Notes: generated by a model not told the origin, from the letters alone. A DNA stretch of 64,000 nt from an uncultured Hormoscilla sp. (GCA_963921275.4 OZ001293.3:6304001-6368000), one strand, 5' to 3'; shown: positions 1 through 11,387, numbered from the stretch's first letter. Translations and numbers: made by a program.

Positions 1-184
1 AGGTGCTGTCTACTTCTTGGAGGGGCGTTCTCACATATTTCTGAAGGAACTTACCCATCACATTTCCAGCAGGATCGTTATGTGATTCCAGGCATCATTT
101 CCCATGTAAGCGCTTCCACCATATCGGGAGTACTCTGCTATTAAATTCTCCAATCGGGAAGATGGCGTAGGGTCTAAAACGAGC

Positions 185-308
185 AGAATCGGACTGGTGC
201 AAGACTACATCCCCGGTGCATCCCTTCAGGAATTACTAGAACGAGGTAACGCTTTACAGAGGAACAACTGCGCCGCATTGCTAGTGAAGTGCTGGAAATT
301 TTGATTTA
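185..308 (+). pseudogene. Ser/Thr protein kinase fragment
   Basis: Manual translation LVQDYIPGASLQELLERG..FTEEQLRRIASEVLEILI resembles kinase subdomains V-VIa; frameshifted and cut off by the IS remnant. Confidence 0.45.
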
Positions 309-432
309 GGTGATTTCCGAGAACTAAATTACCGGCTTGAGTGATGCTAGATTGGAAATGTAGTCAATGACGAGCAATTACCATCTGCCAGTAGCATGGC
401 TGCGATCTTAAACCGTATGAGCTATCGCCTGC

Positions 433-502
433 TTCGATGTCCCCCTCTGGGGACGCGCTACTGCGCGCACGCTGCGCGATCGCACTACCCCAGAGACATC
501 GC
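433..502. repeat. Small palindromic dispersed element inside the ISAzo13 ORF
   Basis: TTCGATGTC..TCTGGGG / CCCCAGAGACATCG ends and TCGCACTACCCC core; removal restores ..YRL-RKVVK.. Confidence 0.7.
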
Positions 503-763
503 AAAGTCGTCAAAGCCAAGCCCCCAAAAAAATTCCAGAAACTAATGCGATTTTTGACAATATCCACGCCAAAGACACCCCTGATGAGTATGGCTTGGTC
601 AAACGCTTAAGTATGGATGCTAAAGCGACTGTCAAAATTGGGGATTATTCACGCGGTGGCAAGACTCGAGGGAACACCCAAGCTAGCGACCATGATATGG
701 GATGCCAGGAAAAATATGTTCCCTTTGGCATTGTTGACTCCGATAGTGGGCAATTGTACATTA

Positions 764-1561
764 GGTTCTGTTGACATTTTATTTGAGCCAAATTAAAGTA
801 GAGGCAAAACAGATAAAACTCCAAAAATTACGAGCAGATTTATCAAATCTAGAAAAAATCCGACATAGCTTGTTAAAAAAACTTTCTATTAAATGTCTCT
901 CTTTATAAGTATGTTTGTCATATTCTCTTTGCTCCTTGCGGTTCTGGGGGAATAACTGCTTCCCGCGATTTTATCAATCAACTCATTACAGTCATAACCT
1001 CTATCTCCAATTACTCTTTCTCCTTGTTGCTCCTGTAATAATGGCAAAATTAACATCGTGAATTTCTCCTGATGTCAGAGTAAAATCTAAAGGGTTCCCT
1101 AACCCATCGCTAACAGCATGAATTTTAGTAGTAAATCCTCCTACAGATCTTCCCTTAGCTTGATTTGCTCCCCCCTTTGCTGGCACAAGGATGACTTCTA
1201 ATTACAGTGCGATCTATTAATAGATTTTCTCAATCTGGATCCTCAATACAATTTTGATAGAGACTGTTCCAGATTCCTTTGGCACTCCAACGGTTAAATA
1301 TGCATAAAAACACTATTCCCTTTGCCATATTGTTCGGGTAATTCTCTGTGCTTCTCATTATCCATAAGACTCCATTGATAAATTTTCTGCTCTTCTGTTC
1401 CCAGGTATATTGAACTCTGTCCTCTCAAAAATACTAATATTTTTTCCCAAGTTTTTCCTTGTATTTCTTGCATATTTAATTTGGCGATATTTTTTATCCA
1501 TTAAACAGGATTAATTGTAACAGCAATCGCTCTTTTTGTCAAGCCAAATGTCAACAGAAAC
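764..1561 (-). mobile_element. IS5-family element (degenerate transposase) nested in ISAzo13
   Basis: IRs GGTTCTGTTGACATTT (764-779) / AAATGTCAACAGAAAC (1546-1561), TA duplication; ORF piece GRSVGGFTTKIHAVSDGLGNPLDFTLTSG; removal restores Y-I-T-F-G in the host. Confidence 0.88.
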
Positions 1562-2140
1562 TACCTTTGGCAGTTCCTACAAAACCAGCGACTTTGTGGT
1601 CGATAGCCTCGATCAGTGGTGGGATACCCTGACCCCCCAAGAACAACAAGACTGCGAGCTGATCCAAATCAAGGTCGATAACGGTCCAGAGAATAGTGGG
1701 GTGCACACTCAATTTCTCAATCGAATGGTGTCATTTGTCGATCAGATCGCCAAGCCGATTCAATTACTGTACTATCTGCCTATCGAGCGCAAGTACAATC
1801 CTATCGAGCGTTGTTGGGGGATTCTCGAGCAGCATTGGAATGGAACGAACTATGCTCACCGATGTCAAAACGATGCATGGCTGCGCCCCCAGCGCAGCAC
1901 TATCGGATGAGATCAGAGCATGACATGGAAGGGAATTCATCCTGTGATTAACTTGAGTAAGAAGGTGTACCAAAAAGGGAAATCCCTTTCCGACAAAGGC
2001 GATGAAGGATATTGAGAAGCGATTAGAACACCCATCCCCTGTTGCCCAAATGGGATCTCCTACCCAGGAGACACGGCGCCGCCATCCCAGGATCTCGATT
2101 TTAGTCTAAAATAATTCCCTATATGGGTAGGTAAAAACAA

Positions 2141-2995
2141 GTGGCACAGGCAAGATCAAGGTGGCGACAGTACAGACGCCAGCTTTTGCGTATTTACAAC
2201 CAGACGATCTGGTTCTCACCATTCCAAAGTGCTGCTCAATGGCGCAGTCGATCGCGCCGATATCAAAAGCTAGGAAAATGGCTGGGACTGGTAACGGTAG
2301 TGGTGGCTATGCTGTGGTGGAATGGTCAGCTGCTGTTAGCCACCACCGTAGGTATCGCCATCATGTTGCTAGTCTACTTCCTGCAACAGGGAGACTGGCA
2401 AAAGCGCTGGTCAGATTTAGGCAAGCTGTTTACTGGTGCTAACCGACATCTGGCTGTAGCAGTTGGCAGTGGTGGGTTGGCCACATTGGGAACATACATG
2501 GCCTGCGCTGTCTGGATAGATTCAGATAGTCCTTGGATTGCTGCTGGTGCGATTTTGCAAGGATTGGGCACTCTGGCTATTATCATCCTCCTAGTGGGGC
2601 AATCCCTCCCCGGCCCCCGCTCCACAGCGGACTTGGATCGGTCGATCGAACAGCTGACTGACATTCACCCCCTGCGGCGTCTGATGGCGGTGCGACAACT
2701 GACCCGTGAGTTTACTACTACTCGGTGGGAACGAGACCGGCGTATTATCGCTGACTGTTTGGCTTTGATGCTGACACGGGAAACCGAACCAGCGGTGAAG
2801 AATGCAGTCCTCGAGGGTATGCAAGTGATGGGCAAGGTGGAAAAAATTGCCTCCCAGACAGCAGAAATATCCATTCCCATCGATCTTAAGCCTGACGCAC
2901 GCGCCCAAACCGATAGCCAGATGACCGACAAGAGTTCCTCGCGGGGTGACGATGGAACGCTAGCTTCCCAATACAACTCGATGAAAGGAAAATGA
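2141..2995 (+). CDS. Conserved cyanobacterial membrane protein with C-terminal HEAT/armadillo-like region
   Basis: 284 aa ORF, several TM segments, C-terminal LTDIHPLRRLMAVRQL...ETEPAVKNAVLEG. Confidence 0.6.
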   Translation: MAQARSRWRQYRRQLLRIYNQTIWFSPFQSAAQWRSRSRRYQKLGKWLGLVTVVVAMLWWNGQLLLATTVGIAIMLLVYFLQQGDWQKRWSDLGKLFTGANRHLAVAVGSGGLATLGTYMACAVWIDSDSPWIAAGAILQGLGTLAIIILLVGQSLPGPRSTADLDRSIEQLTDIHPLRRLMAVRQLTREFTTTRWERDRRIIADCLALMLTRETEPAVKNAVLEGMQVMGKVEKIASQTAEISIPIDLKPDARAQTDSQMTDKSSSRGDDGTLASQYNSMKGK

Positions 2996-3142
2996 CTACA
3001 GGTCGCGTACTGTCTCAACGAGCGCATCTCACTATGAGATGAAAGTAGAAATTCTCGGATTCGACCTTCGTAGTTCGACCTTCGTAGTTCGTAGTTATTT
3101 TAAAGCCTATATCGTACTACGATTGCTCTAAATATAAGACAT

Positions 3143-4135
3143 ATGCTTCTATGGGATGCTCCCTTTCTCAACAGCTACAACAGCTTACTACTCAACTGGA
3201 ACAACTTCGTCTCCGACAGGCGATAATTGACCGAATTGTCCAGGGGATACAGGAGGCCCTGGTACCAGCTGAGTTGTTGCCAACAACGGCCGCCCAGTTG
3301 CAAACAGCTTTGGGGGCCAGTCGCGGTCTGATTTTTTGAACTGACGGCGATCGCCAAATAACTGCTTGTTATCTGTCATCCGCTACAAATGACCAAGGGG
3401 AAACAATGTCCGATCTGGCACAGACCCTTCAGACCGGATTTAACCAGTCTCTCTCACGGGGTCAGGCAGTTGTATTATCCCAGTCAGATATGTCACTGGC
3501 AAGCAATGCCCTGATTGTGCCCTTGATGTACCAGCAGGAATATCTGGGCTCTACGATCCTAGAGAGCGATTGGGCTCTTGATGCACAAGCAGTAGAATTT
3601 GTCAAGCGGGTAGGGGATCATTGGGCGATCGCGCTCGGGCAAGCAGCTGTAGTAGCAAAATGGAGGAATAGAGTTGAAAATAACCAGGATTTGCTGTGGG
3701 AAATGGATGAAAATTACATCTATACCTACGTCAGTCCCCAAGTGCAGTCCATATTAGGTTACTCGCCAGCAGAAATACTGGGAAAAAGGCATTAGACTTG
3801 ATGCCATCTTCAGAAGCACCGATTAATGATGAAAAGAAATTGCCATTTAACTGTGTCCAGAATAAAAATATTCATAAAGATGGTAAGATAATAGTAATGG
3901 AAGGCAGTGGAGTTCCCATTTTCGACAAGCAAGGGAACTTCCGATCGCGCAGCGCGGCGCCAGCCGTGGTTATCGGGGCATAGCGAGAGATATAACAGAA
4001 CGCAAGCAAGCAGAGTCAAAAGCACGACTGGCTCAGTTTTTTCTGGATAGGGCTAAAGATGCCGTGTATTTCACTGATCGGGAAGGTCAGTTTGTGCAAG
4101 TAAACGAAGCTGCATGTCGTCAGCTGGGCTATTCG
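3143..4135 (+). pseudogene. GAF/PAS sensor protein pseudogene
   Basis: GAF-like (TTAAQLQTALGASR, LIVPLMYQQEYLG) and PAS pieces (LWEMD..YTYVSPQVQSILGYSPAEILGK; HKDGKIIVMEGSGVPIFD) split by stops and frameshifts. Confidence 0.75.
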
Positions 4136-4201
4136 AGATCCCCCAAAATGGCATTTTTTCGGATATATTTGCAAAAAATGGCTGTCTGGGACGTATAAAT
4201 T

Positions 4202-4613
4202 TTAATAGGTAGCAACTTGAGTTAATGTTAATGAACTAGCCCCAGCTGGTTTCTGACGGAATGAAGCGCGACCTTTTGACTGCGGTTTGTTGGGAGTGGC
4301 TGTGATATTGATATCTAACTCCTTAATTAACTTCTCCAATTCATCTACCTCGGCGATCGCCCTTTCTGCCGCCGACAGTCCGGATGGCGATCTATCTACA
4401 ACATCTACTTCTGACCGTTCCAGTTCTACATCGGAAGAATCTGAGTTTTGGAGTAATGATGTCATCCAATCTGGATAATGCCATGCTTCCCAGATAACCA
4501 GCATCGCCAACAACAGCATTGCTGTCGATACCCAAAAGCCCCGGACTGATTAAAGGACGCCGTCTTGCCTTGGAGTAGCGGATGGAAGCCGGGGGCTTCA
4601 AATCGTATTTCAT
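4202..4613 (-). pseudogene. Cyanobacterial hypothetical membrane protein, frameshifted
   Basis: MKYDLKPPASIRYSKAR.. continues in another frame as FWVSTAMLLLAMLVIWEAWHYPDW. Confidence 0.45.
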
Positions 4614-4787
4614 CGCTGTATTGCAGCCCTAGTCTGCACTTTCATGCTTTCCTTCATTATAACCCTCATCAGCAGGAATTTCACAAAAATTTACCCTAAC
4701 TCCCCCAGAGGTCTGGACTCCTCGGAAACAACCACCTAGTGCAAGTCGCTATATTAGGATTACCCGACTACTACTTGAAGCTATAAT

Positions 4788-5463
4788 ATGAAAGTGCAAC
4801 TGTTTAACCGATCGCCTTGGCCTGGGATATTTTACTGAAAAATAGTCCCTGGATGGGTTGGAATCTGTTTTTGGCCTTTATCCCATTGTTCCTGAGTTTC
4901 TGGCTTTTCCGCTCTACGAAGTCCCGATCGCTGTTATGGTGGGCAGTATGCTTGGTTTTTGTTGCTTTTTTGCCCAACGCCCCCTACGTGTTGACCGATA
5001 CTATTCACCTGATTGAAAGATATTCGCGAAAATTACTCCCCGTGGATCGTAACTCTCTCCCTCATTCCCCTGTATATGCTGTTCATTTTCCTGGGTTTTG
5101 AGGCTTACGTGCTATCTTTGATTAATCTGGATAATTACTTAAGCAGCAGGGTTTCATACCGCAGATTATGCCAGCAGAGTTATTCTTGCATAGCCTCAGC
5201 GCGATCGGAGTTTATCTCGGTCGGTTCCTGCGGTTTAACAGTTGGGATATTGTCACTAGATTAGATACCTTAACAGCAGCTATATTTGAGGATGTCCTCG
5301 GTAAATAGCGTCTGCTGGTCATAGCTGTTACCTTTGTTGCGATCGCAGGATTATATTGGTTGATGAAACAGGTAACTCTGGGAGTTATCCTCCGCTTCCG
5401 CAAGCCAGGACTGACAGTTCTACTGTTGGACGAATTGAGTTCTTGAAGGATAATCGCCCTCTG
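4788..5463 (+). pseudogene. DUF1361 membrane protein pseudogene
   Basis: WMGWNLFLAFIP, FLPNAPYVLTD and GRFLRFNSWD motifs spread over different frames. Confidence 0.8.
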
Positions 5464-5539
5464 AACCCTGTATAACCCTGTACCGACATTCCGCACTTTA
5501 TATGTGACGATTTGTCGTGCCCAAGAGATAGGCCGACCC

Positions 5540-5671
5540 TTGGGTTGAGGCACGAAACCCAACTTACGAACTACGAACCCAGATAAACACTTTAGTGTTT
5601 ACTACGAACCTACATAAACACTAAAGTGTTTACTACGCACCTAGATAAACACTTTAGTGTTTACTACGAAC
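5540..5671. repeat. REP-like hairpins; three tandem 31-bp units (5571-5663)
   Basis: CTACG(A/C)ACCnAnATAAACACTwwAGTGTTTA x3; related copies at ~11188, 11225, 49780, 57039. Confidence 0.8.
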
Positions 5672-5673
5672 GA

Positions 5674-7062
5674 CTAGGAACGGCTTGTGGCCTCTGCTAA
5701 AACTGGTAGGGAATTGCGCAACCGATCGCCATACATATCCAAGGCATTTCCTCCTAATAGTAATCCTAAATGCTCCCGATCGTATTCTGCGACTGTTGCT
5801 GCATCCTCCACGCAATTATGCAACACCCCATCCCAGTGACCGTAATCTCCCGAAAAACATGCCAAATGCTTGCCTATCTCTCCCATCCCTACATGCAGGT
5901 AACTCGGTCCCGGATCGTCTGACTCGAAGGAGGTAAAGATTTGTCCCCTTTCAAAATATTCTAGCGGATCCCGGTGCCGCAAGTCATAATGTTCGTATAG
6001 GCTGCGATCGTCTATCTTGGTGGGGTCGTGTTCCGCATTCCACAGCAACTCGAACAGATTTTTCGCTTGGTTAATCAGGTTCACATTATTAGCACCCTTC
6101 TCCTGAAGCAATAGTTTCGTATACGAAATCAAAGAAGGACGATAGGGATGCTTGGGGTCGAAGTCCCGGATGCGCTTTTCCCAATGTTCGTGGAAAGCAT
6201 GGGCTAGATCTGGCAACCATCCACAACCCCCCTCTAAAAAGCCTACCCTTAAGCTGGGAAACTGCTCAAATGCCCCGTCAAACACCATCCGCGCTAGTGC
6301 TAACTGTTGCTGGTTCCGCTGCACGAAAATGTGGGTCAGCACGAAAGTTTCCGTATGATCGGAAATTCCCCCTACCATGTAAGAACCCGGTCCCCCGTGG
6401 ATGCCCAAACCAATGTCTAAATCTACAGCTGCTTGTAAAATGGGTCGGAAGTCCGGATGACTGATTGCTTTACAGGTGCGAATCTCTGGAAAGGCATCCG
6501 GTGCTTTCGGATGGGGAATGGGCATGTTTGGTGCCACAGCAACAGATATCATTCCCAGTTCCTCTACGCAGCGACGCATTTCGGATACCGCAAAGTCTAC
6601 ATCCTGTAACGGTATGACGCCTATGGGTTTGAGTCGATCGCCATAGGGGCGGCAGTCCTCGGCTATATAGTTGTTATAGGCGCGACAGAGGGCGAGCGCC
6701 AGATCGCGGTCCAGAATGCTAGAAAACATCAGATTGAAGGTACCGTAGATTACCTGCACGTCAATGCCTTCTTTCTCCATCTGTTCGACTCGCACCCGGT
6801 TGAACATCGCACCCAGGGTAGTATCCGGATGCAGGTTGCGGAAACCCCCTTTGCCCAAACCCTGTGGTTGGGGAAACATCCGCACGAAATCATTTTTCCC
6901 TGTTTCTGGATTGAAATCTACGACCTTTCCCCGCTGATCTCCCAGACTATCGACTATCAAACCTACCCGATCGCGATATTCTGGTTCTAAATACCCCCGC
7001 ATTACCAGGGGATTCTCGATCTTATGGGCGTCCGCATCAATTACGAGTAAACCTTTGTACAT
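5674..7062 (-). CDS. Amidohydrolase family (Amidohydro_2) protein
   Basis: 462 aa; IDADAH, IHGG, FLEGGCGW, SGDYGHWD motifs. Confidence 0.88.
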   Translation of the reverse strand: MYKGLLVIDADAHKIENPLVMRGYLEPEYRDRVGLIVDSLGDQRGKVVDFNPETGKNDFVRMFPQPQGLGKGGFRNLHPDTTLGAMFNRVRVEQMEKEGIDVQVIYGTFNLMFSSILDRDLALALCRAYNNYIAEDCRPYGDRLKPIGVIPLQDVDFAVSEMRRCVEELGMISVAVAPNMPIPHPKAPDAFPEIRTCKAISHPDFRPILQAAVDLDIGLGIHGGPGSYMVGGISDHTETFVLTHIFVQRNQQQLALARMVFDGAFEQFPSLRVGFLEGGCGWLPDLAHAFHEHWEKRIRDFDPKHPYRPSLISYTKLLLQEKGANNVNLINQAKNLFELLWNAEHDPTKIDDRSLYEHYDLRHRDPLEYFERGQIFTSFESDDPGPSYLHVGMGEIGKHLACFSGDYGHWDGVLHNCVEDAATVAEYDREHLGLLLGGNALDMYGDRLRNSLPVLAEATSRS

Positions 7063-7139
7063 CTTTGACTTTATCCTTTGAAGTTCTCATTATCTTAGCG
7101 CCTTTCGTGGAGTAATGGTGGGCGGTTCCCACCCTACAG

Positions 7140-7454
7140 CTAGGCAGTTTTACGATTCAAGTAGGTCCATATTTGGCGCAAACCAAACCAATTTTCGTTC
7201 GACCACGACATCGAGGCCAGTATAGTAATGCCCGGATACTTGACAAATGCAGGTTCATTCTTCTCGAACACTGCGTGTCCCCCCAAGGCAAATACTTGGG
7301 TGAGTATCAAGCACAGAACTGTCCATCGCCAGTCGTAGAATAAAACTACTACAGCCGCGATCGCCAATATATTGGTGAGGTGATGCAGCATCTGATTGAC
7401 TGGATGCTGATGGCTAGCAATAAAATGGGCTTTCGCTTCTTGGAAGTAACTCAA
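7140..7454 (-). CDS. Mpo1-like (DUF962) membrane protein
   Basis: H-Q-H-P-V-N..LH and GHAVFEKNEPA motifs; TTG start at 7454 behind an AAGGAG RBS. Confidence 0.8.
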   Translation of the reverse strand: MSYFQEAKAHFIASHQHPVNQMLHHLTNILAIAAVVVLFYDWRWTVLCLILTQVFALGGHAVFEKNEPAFVKYPGITILASMSWSNENWFGLRQIWTYLNRKTA

Positions 7455-7507
7455 TGCTATTCTCCTTAAGTTACAGATTCTCTTCCTAATATCACGGTTT
7501 GAGGGAT

Positions 7508-10393
7508 CTACCACCACCGCAGCTGCAAATAACCCCTCGCGGGTTGCTTCAGTTCCTCCTCAGTTAGCCAGTCTACAGGCTTGTAGGTACCAAAGACACG
7601 GTCCCACCAATCAACAGCCAGACCAAAATTATGTTCCCACATGCCGTACTTATGATGCACGTAATGAACGGGCATCGCCATCCAGAAGCACTTGGTCGGG
7701 TGTTAAACTAAGCCAGTACGTCACCGTACCGACTCGTCTTCAAAACCGGACGTGAGATTTTCACCTCATCCGGCTCCTCAATAATGCCATCCTTTACATG
7801 GATACGACAACTACCATCACGGGCAGTTTTTATATCGTGGCAGTGTTTATGCAGTAGTTGGATGTTTTCCCACTGGTCCTTACCACCTAGTGATAGGAGT
7901 TTGATGTGGTCCACTTCCCATTTGTCTTCGTCCCTGAACGTTAATCCGCATTCTTGGCATTTACCCTTTTGTCTTTTGAGCAGTTTGGCCACTCGATTGT
8001 TCAACTCGGGGTTTTTGCCTAGTCTTGTACTCCAATATGTCAAGTCTCCATCGTATGGGCTGGCTGCCCCTTTTACCTTTATGTGCCTTACTACTTCCGT
8101 TCGACTGTGTTGTAGTAGCACTGCTTCTCCTGTCTCAGTTTTGCACCGGAATTGCCATTGTACATCTTGGCCTATCGACCAATACTTTTTGGCTATCCAG
8201 TGTTTTGACTTGTTTGGGTGCCGTCTTTTTGCCCATGTCCATAGAAGCTCCCACAGATATTTGTCCATATCGGAGAAAGTCTCCTTACTTACTACCGTCT
8301 TAAAGTAGTTTGTCCACCCTCGTATGACCGGGTTAAGTTTGCTTATTAAGGCTCCCTGTGGTGCTGCTTTATGACTGGTCACAATTTCTGACAATCTACC
8401 TTTGTGTTCATCTATGGACTCTTTGCTTGGTTTTATTAGGGTTTTGAATCCTAGGGGTTCTCCATGTGGATTTTTGCCTGTGTGGTATTTCCCTACCTCA
8501 TACTGCCTCACATGGAATCCCAGAAAATTAAACCCTGGGTTTTCACCGTTAAGTGTATGAGATGTTTTCGTTTTTTCAGGCTTCAGTTCTAACCCTATTC
8601 CTCCTAACCAATCCGCTACAACCCTCTGCGCTCTTTCTATTGTTTCCCTGTCCTTGTGTATTACTACAAAGTCATCGGCGTATCTAACTACTTTCAGCTC
8701 CTTCCTGTTGTTTCCTGCTATGGACTTTACTTTTTCCTCTAATCCGTGTAAGGCCACATTTGCCAACAGTGGCGATATGACCCCACCTTGAGGAGTTCCG
8801 TAGGGAGTTTCGAGCGTTTTTCCTGCATCTATCACGCGGGCTTTTAGCCATGCGCGTATTTGTCTACGAAAGATAGGCAAGGTATTTAGTTTTGTTAGTA
8901 GCGCTTCGTGGTTGATTTTATCGAAGCATTTAGCAATATCGGCATCTAGTACGTACTTGTCCTTACACCTTATGCTGTTAAATATTGCTCCGATTGCATC
9001 ATGGCACCCTCTACCTGGTCTAAAGCCGTAGGAATTTGGCTCAAAATATGCCTCCCATTCGGGTTCTAAGGCAGATTTCACCAATCCCTGAAGTGCGCGG
9101 TCGTACATAATTGGGATTCCTAGTGGACGTTTTTCGCTCTTGCCCGGTTTAGGTATCCACACTCGTCGCGCGGGCCTTGCCTTGCTTGAGATTTTTAACA
9201 GTCCTACCAATTCGACGCGCTGCTTTGGGGACAACGCCTTTACGCCATCCACACCGGCAGTCTTCTTTCTTTGGTTATCTTGTGTTACCCGTCGTACCGC
9301 TAAACACTTGGCTGACCAGGACTTAACCAGTAATCTTTGGAGCTTGCGGACTGTTCGCCTATCACCACGTTGTGCCGCTCTGTAAATTCGTTTTTGCAGC
9401 TTGTAGACTTTCCGCTCTAGCTTGCGCCAGGGGATGGTCTGCCATTCATACATCGATTTTGACATCGTGCTCATAACGTTTGCACTGCTACTTACAACTT
9501 CACAATTGACATTATCGTGAGGGCGTCAGCGTATCCTGACCATTACAGTCAGGCGTTTGCTTCTCCACTCAATCCTTCCCGGCTATGACCTGCTTTCTGG
9601 AGAGCAGATGTTGCGTCTTTGGTGACTACTCCACCGATCGACCACTGGTGGAGAGTACATAACCGAGTTACTTCGTTCCTACAGATGATTGTTTGTAGTT
9701 TTAGGTGGGTTTTATACGCCGGGTTTTTGGTCAGTGCTTGATGGTCGGACGATAAACCGCCATCGACCTTATCCTTCCCCTTTTGGGGCCGGTGTTTCAG
9801 CCTTATTTCACCGGTTCTACATGACGACGTTTATAAACCTTCTCTTACGATCACCATGACTACTTGCTTGGCGGTAACCGGTGTAGGCTACCAGTCATTG
9901 CGCCGTTCATTCCCGCTTTATGGATTGATGTCATCGTTACCATAGGGAGAGTGCTGTCACTCCTGCACCTGGAGGGGTGGGCTTTCACCACCATCATCTG
10001 TAAGTTGTCAGGGCTAATGTCACCCTGCTAGTGGTCCCCATTAGTGACTTGTGTCACGTTTGTTTACACTAAACGAATCGCACTATTATGTTGTAGCTGA
10101 TGGGCATAGGCGGCAAAGGCGGCAAACACCAGTCCCCCCAGGAACCAACCAATTCCTGCTGCCCAGGAGATGAAGAACATCATACACATTACCACAAAGC
10201 TGCCGACGATGTAATCCCGAAATTCCCAAACCACGCCCTGTCCCTCGTTGCGCCGGTGATGGTCCCGATGGCGTTTGCCAATTTTCGGCGAGACATGCAT
10301 CAGGCGATGCAGCCAATATTCTACTAAACTTCCCAGGATAAAGGATCCTAGGAAACAGATAACTCCTACTCCTATGCTGCTTAAGGCGATCAT
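7508..10393 (-). CDS. Fatty-acid hydroxylase / sterol desaturase family protein split by a group II intron (exons 10393-10084 and 7701-7508; 167 aa spliced)
   Basis: His boxes LHRLMH, HRDHH, HQLQH, HYVHH and NFGLAVDWWDRVFGT; intron removal gives in-frame ..QHN-N-PTKCFW.. Confidence 0.9.
7702..10083 (-). mobile_element. Group IIB intron with intron-encoded protein
   Basis: 5' GTGCG, domain V GAGCCGGATGAGGTGAAAATCTCACGTCCGGTT, 3' TTTAAC; precise removal restores the host ORF. Confidence 0.95.
7708..9474 (-). CDS. ltrA: Group II intron reverse transcriptase/maturase with HNH endonuclease
   Basis: 588 aa; RPLGIP, SYGFRPGR, PQGGVISPLL, RYADD, maturase NPVIRGW, CxxC..EVDH..LLHKHCH. Confidence 0.95.
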   Translation of the reverse strand: MSTMSKSMYEWQTIPWRKLERKVYKLQKRIYRAAQRGDRRTVRKLQRLLVKSWSAKCLAVRRVTQDNQRKKTAGVDGVKALSPKQRVELVGLLKISSKARPARRVWIPKPGKSEKRPLGIPIMYDRALQGLVKSALEPEWEAYFEPNSYGFRPGRGCHDAIGAIFNSIRCKDKYVLDADIAKCFDKINHEALLTKLNTLPIFRRQIRAWLKARVIDAGKTLETPYGTPQGGVISPLLANVALHGLEEKVKSIAGNNRKELKVVRYADDFVVIHKDRETIERAQRVVADWLGGIGLELKPEKTKTSHTLNGENPGFNFLGFHVRQYEVGKYHTGKNPHGEPLGFKTLIKPSKESIDEHKGRLSEIVTSHKAAPQGALISKLNPVIRGWTNYFKTVVSKETFSDMDKYLWELLWTWAKRRHPNKSKHWIAKKYWSIGQDVQWQFRCKTETGEAVLLQHSRTEVVRHIKVKGAASPYDGDLTYWSTRLGKNPELNNRVAKLLKRQKGKCQECGLTFRDEDKWEVDHIKLLSLGGKDQWENIQLLHKHCHDIKTARDGSCRIHVKDGIIEEPDEVKISRPVLKTSRYGDVLA

Positions 10394-10576
10394 CGACTAT
10401 CCTTCCTTACCCTTGCGACATTCGGTCACCTTCAGGATTTTGACATAATCCGCTCCAGAATGCAAGGGCGATTGCGCTGCGCGCACGCTACGCGATTGCG
10501 GGTCGGAACCTCAATCTGCGCGTTCACAGTCATTTTTAATTGCTATAATGTTTGATGAACTGCCATCATCATAGCC

Positions 10577-11194
10577 ATGTCAAGCAATAAAAAGCCTAAG
10601 AAACAGAACTTCTCCAGCTTTGACAAAGCGAAAGCATTCAAGCAACTTAATTTAACGGACTTGCTTCCCTGGGATCTGCAAGCGGAACCCGTACAATCCA
10701 GTGATTTTTTTCAACAGCGCCTGGCTAGACTGAAAAATTTCGATTTAGAAAGCTGTGAAGAGTCTAAAAAACTGCTTATAGATGCCATTTGCGAAGAGGC
10801 GATCGATGCTTTTGTCCAGCTAAAGATTTGGAAAGGTGCGAGGCTTGAAAGTGACTTTGCTAATGACTATGTAGATTACTTAATTGCCGAAAATAAGCGG
10901 TATCTAGAAGCGCCCATGCTTTGTATTATCGAAGCCAAAAAAGATGACTTTGAGCAAGGAATGGCACAATGTCTGGTGGAAATGCAAGCCTGTCACTGGA
11001 CAAATCAGCAAATTGGCAAAAATATTGATGTTTTGGGAATAGTAACCAATGGTAGCACTTGGAACTTTTACAAGCTTACTCCCGCAGGGCAAGTTTACGA
11101 AAGCCTTCCTTACGCCCTCGGTACGATCGCCCAAATTCTGGGCTTACTTTATTATGTTTTTGAACAATGTCAGCAAAATCTCAACTGTTCGTAG
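10577..11194 (+). CDS. Hypothetical protein, PD-(D/E)XK / HsdR-N-like
   Basis: IIEAKKDDFEQGMAQC..GIVTNGSTWNF. Confidence 0.65.
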   Translation: MSSNKKPKKQNFSSFDKAKAFKQLNLTDLLPWDLQAEPVQSSDFFQQRLARLKNFDLESCEESKKLLIDAICEEAIDAFVQLKIWKGARLESDFANDYVDYLIAENKRYLEAPMLCIIEAKKDDFEQGMAQCLVEMQACHWTNQQIGKNIDVLGIVTNGSTWNFYKLTPAGQVYESLPYALGTIAQILGLLYYVFEQCQQNLNCS

Positions 11195-11282
11195 TAAGCA
11201 CTTTAGTGCTTAAATTCTTCCCCGTTCGTAGTAAGCACGAAGAGTGCTGATCTTTCCTTGTTACTGGGAGTGGGGCGATCGC

Positions 11283-11387
11283 TTGCTGATATCGCCCAGG
11301 GGTCGATCGCCCCTTGGTTGGAGATGGAACCAGAACTGCGATCGCAACTAGAACGGAACTTGACTGCCAACCCCGTGAGGGCGCGGG
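11283..11387 (+). repeat. 105-bp copy of an internal GH3 gene segment (17626-17730)
   Basis: Near-identical direct repeat, preceded by a HIP1 site (11275-11282). Confidence 0.9.

Larger units (their letters stand above)
309..2060 (+). mobile_element. ISAzo13-family transposase remnant, interrupted by an IS5 and a small repeat
   Basis: Fragments YRLRKVVKAKP-KKIPETNAIF, RLSMDAKATVKIGDYSRGGKTRG, TFGSSYKTSDF...DNGPENSG...KYNPIERCWGILEQHWNG; ends approximate. Confidence 0.8.

Noticed and set aside
5571..5671. Possible CRISPR array
   Set aside because: 31-bp palindromic units are head-to-tail with no unique spacers and no cas genes
7708..9474. Retron or defence RT
   Set aside because: Maturase and HNH domains and flanking intron domains identify a group II intron protein
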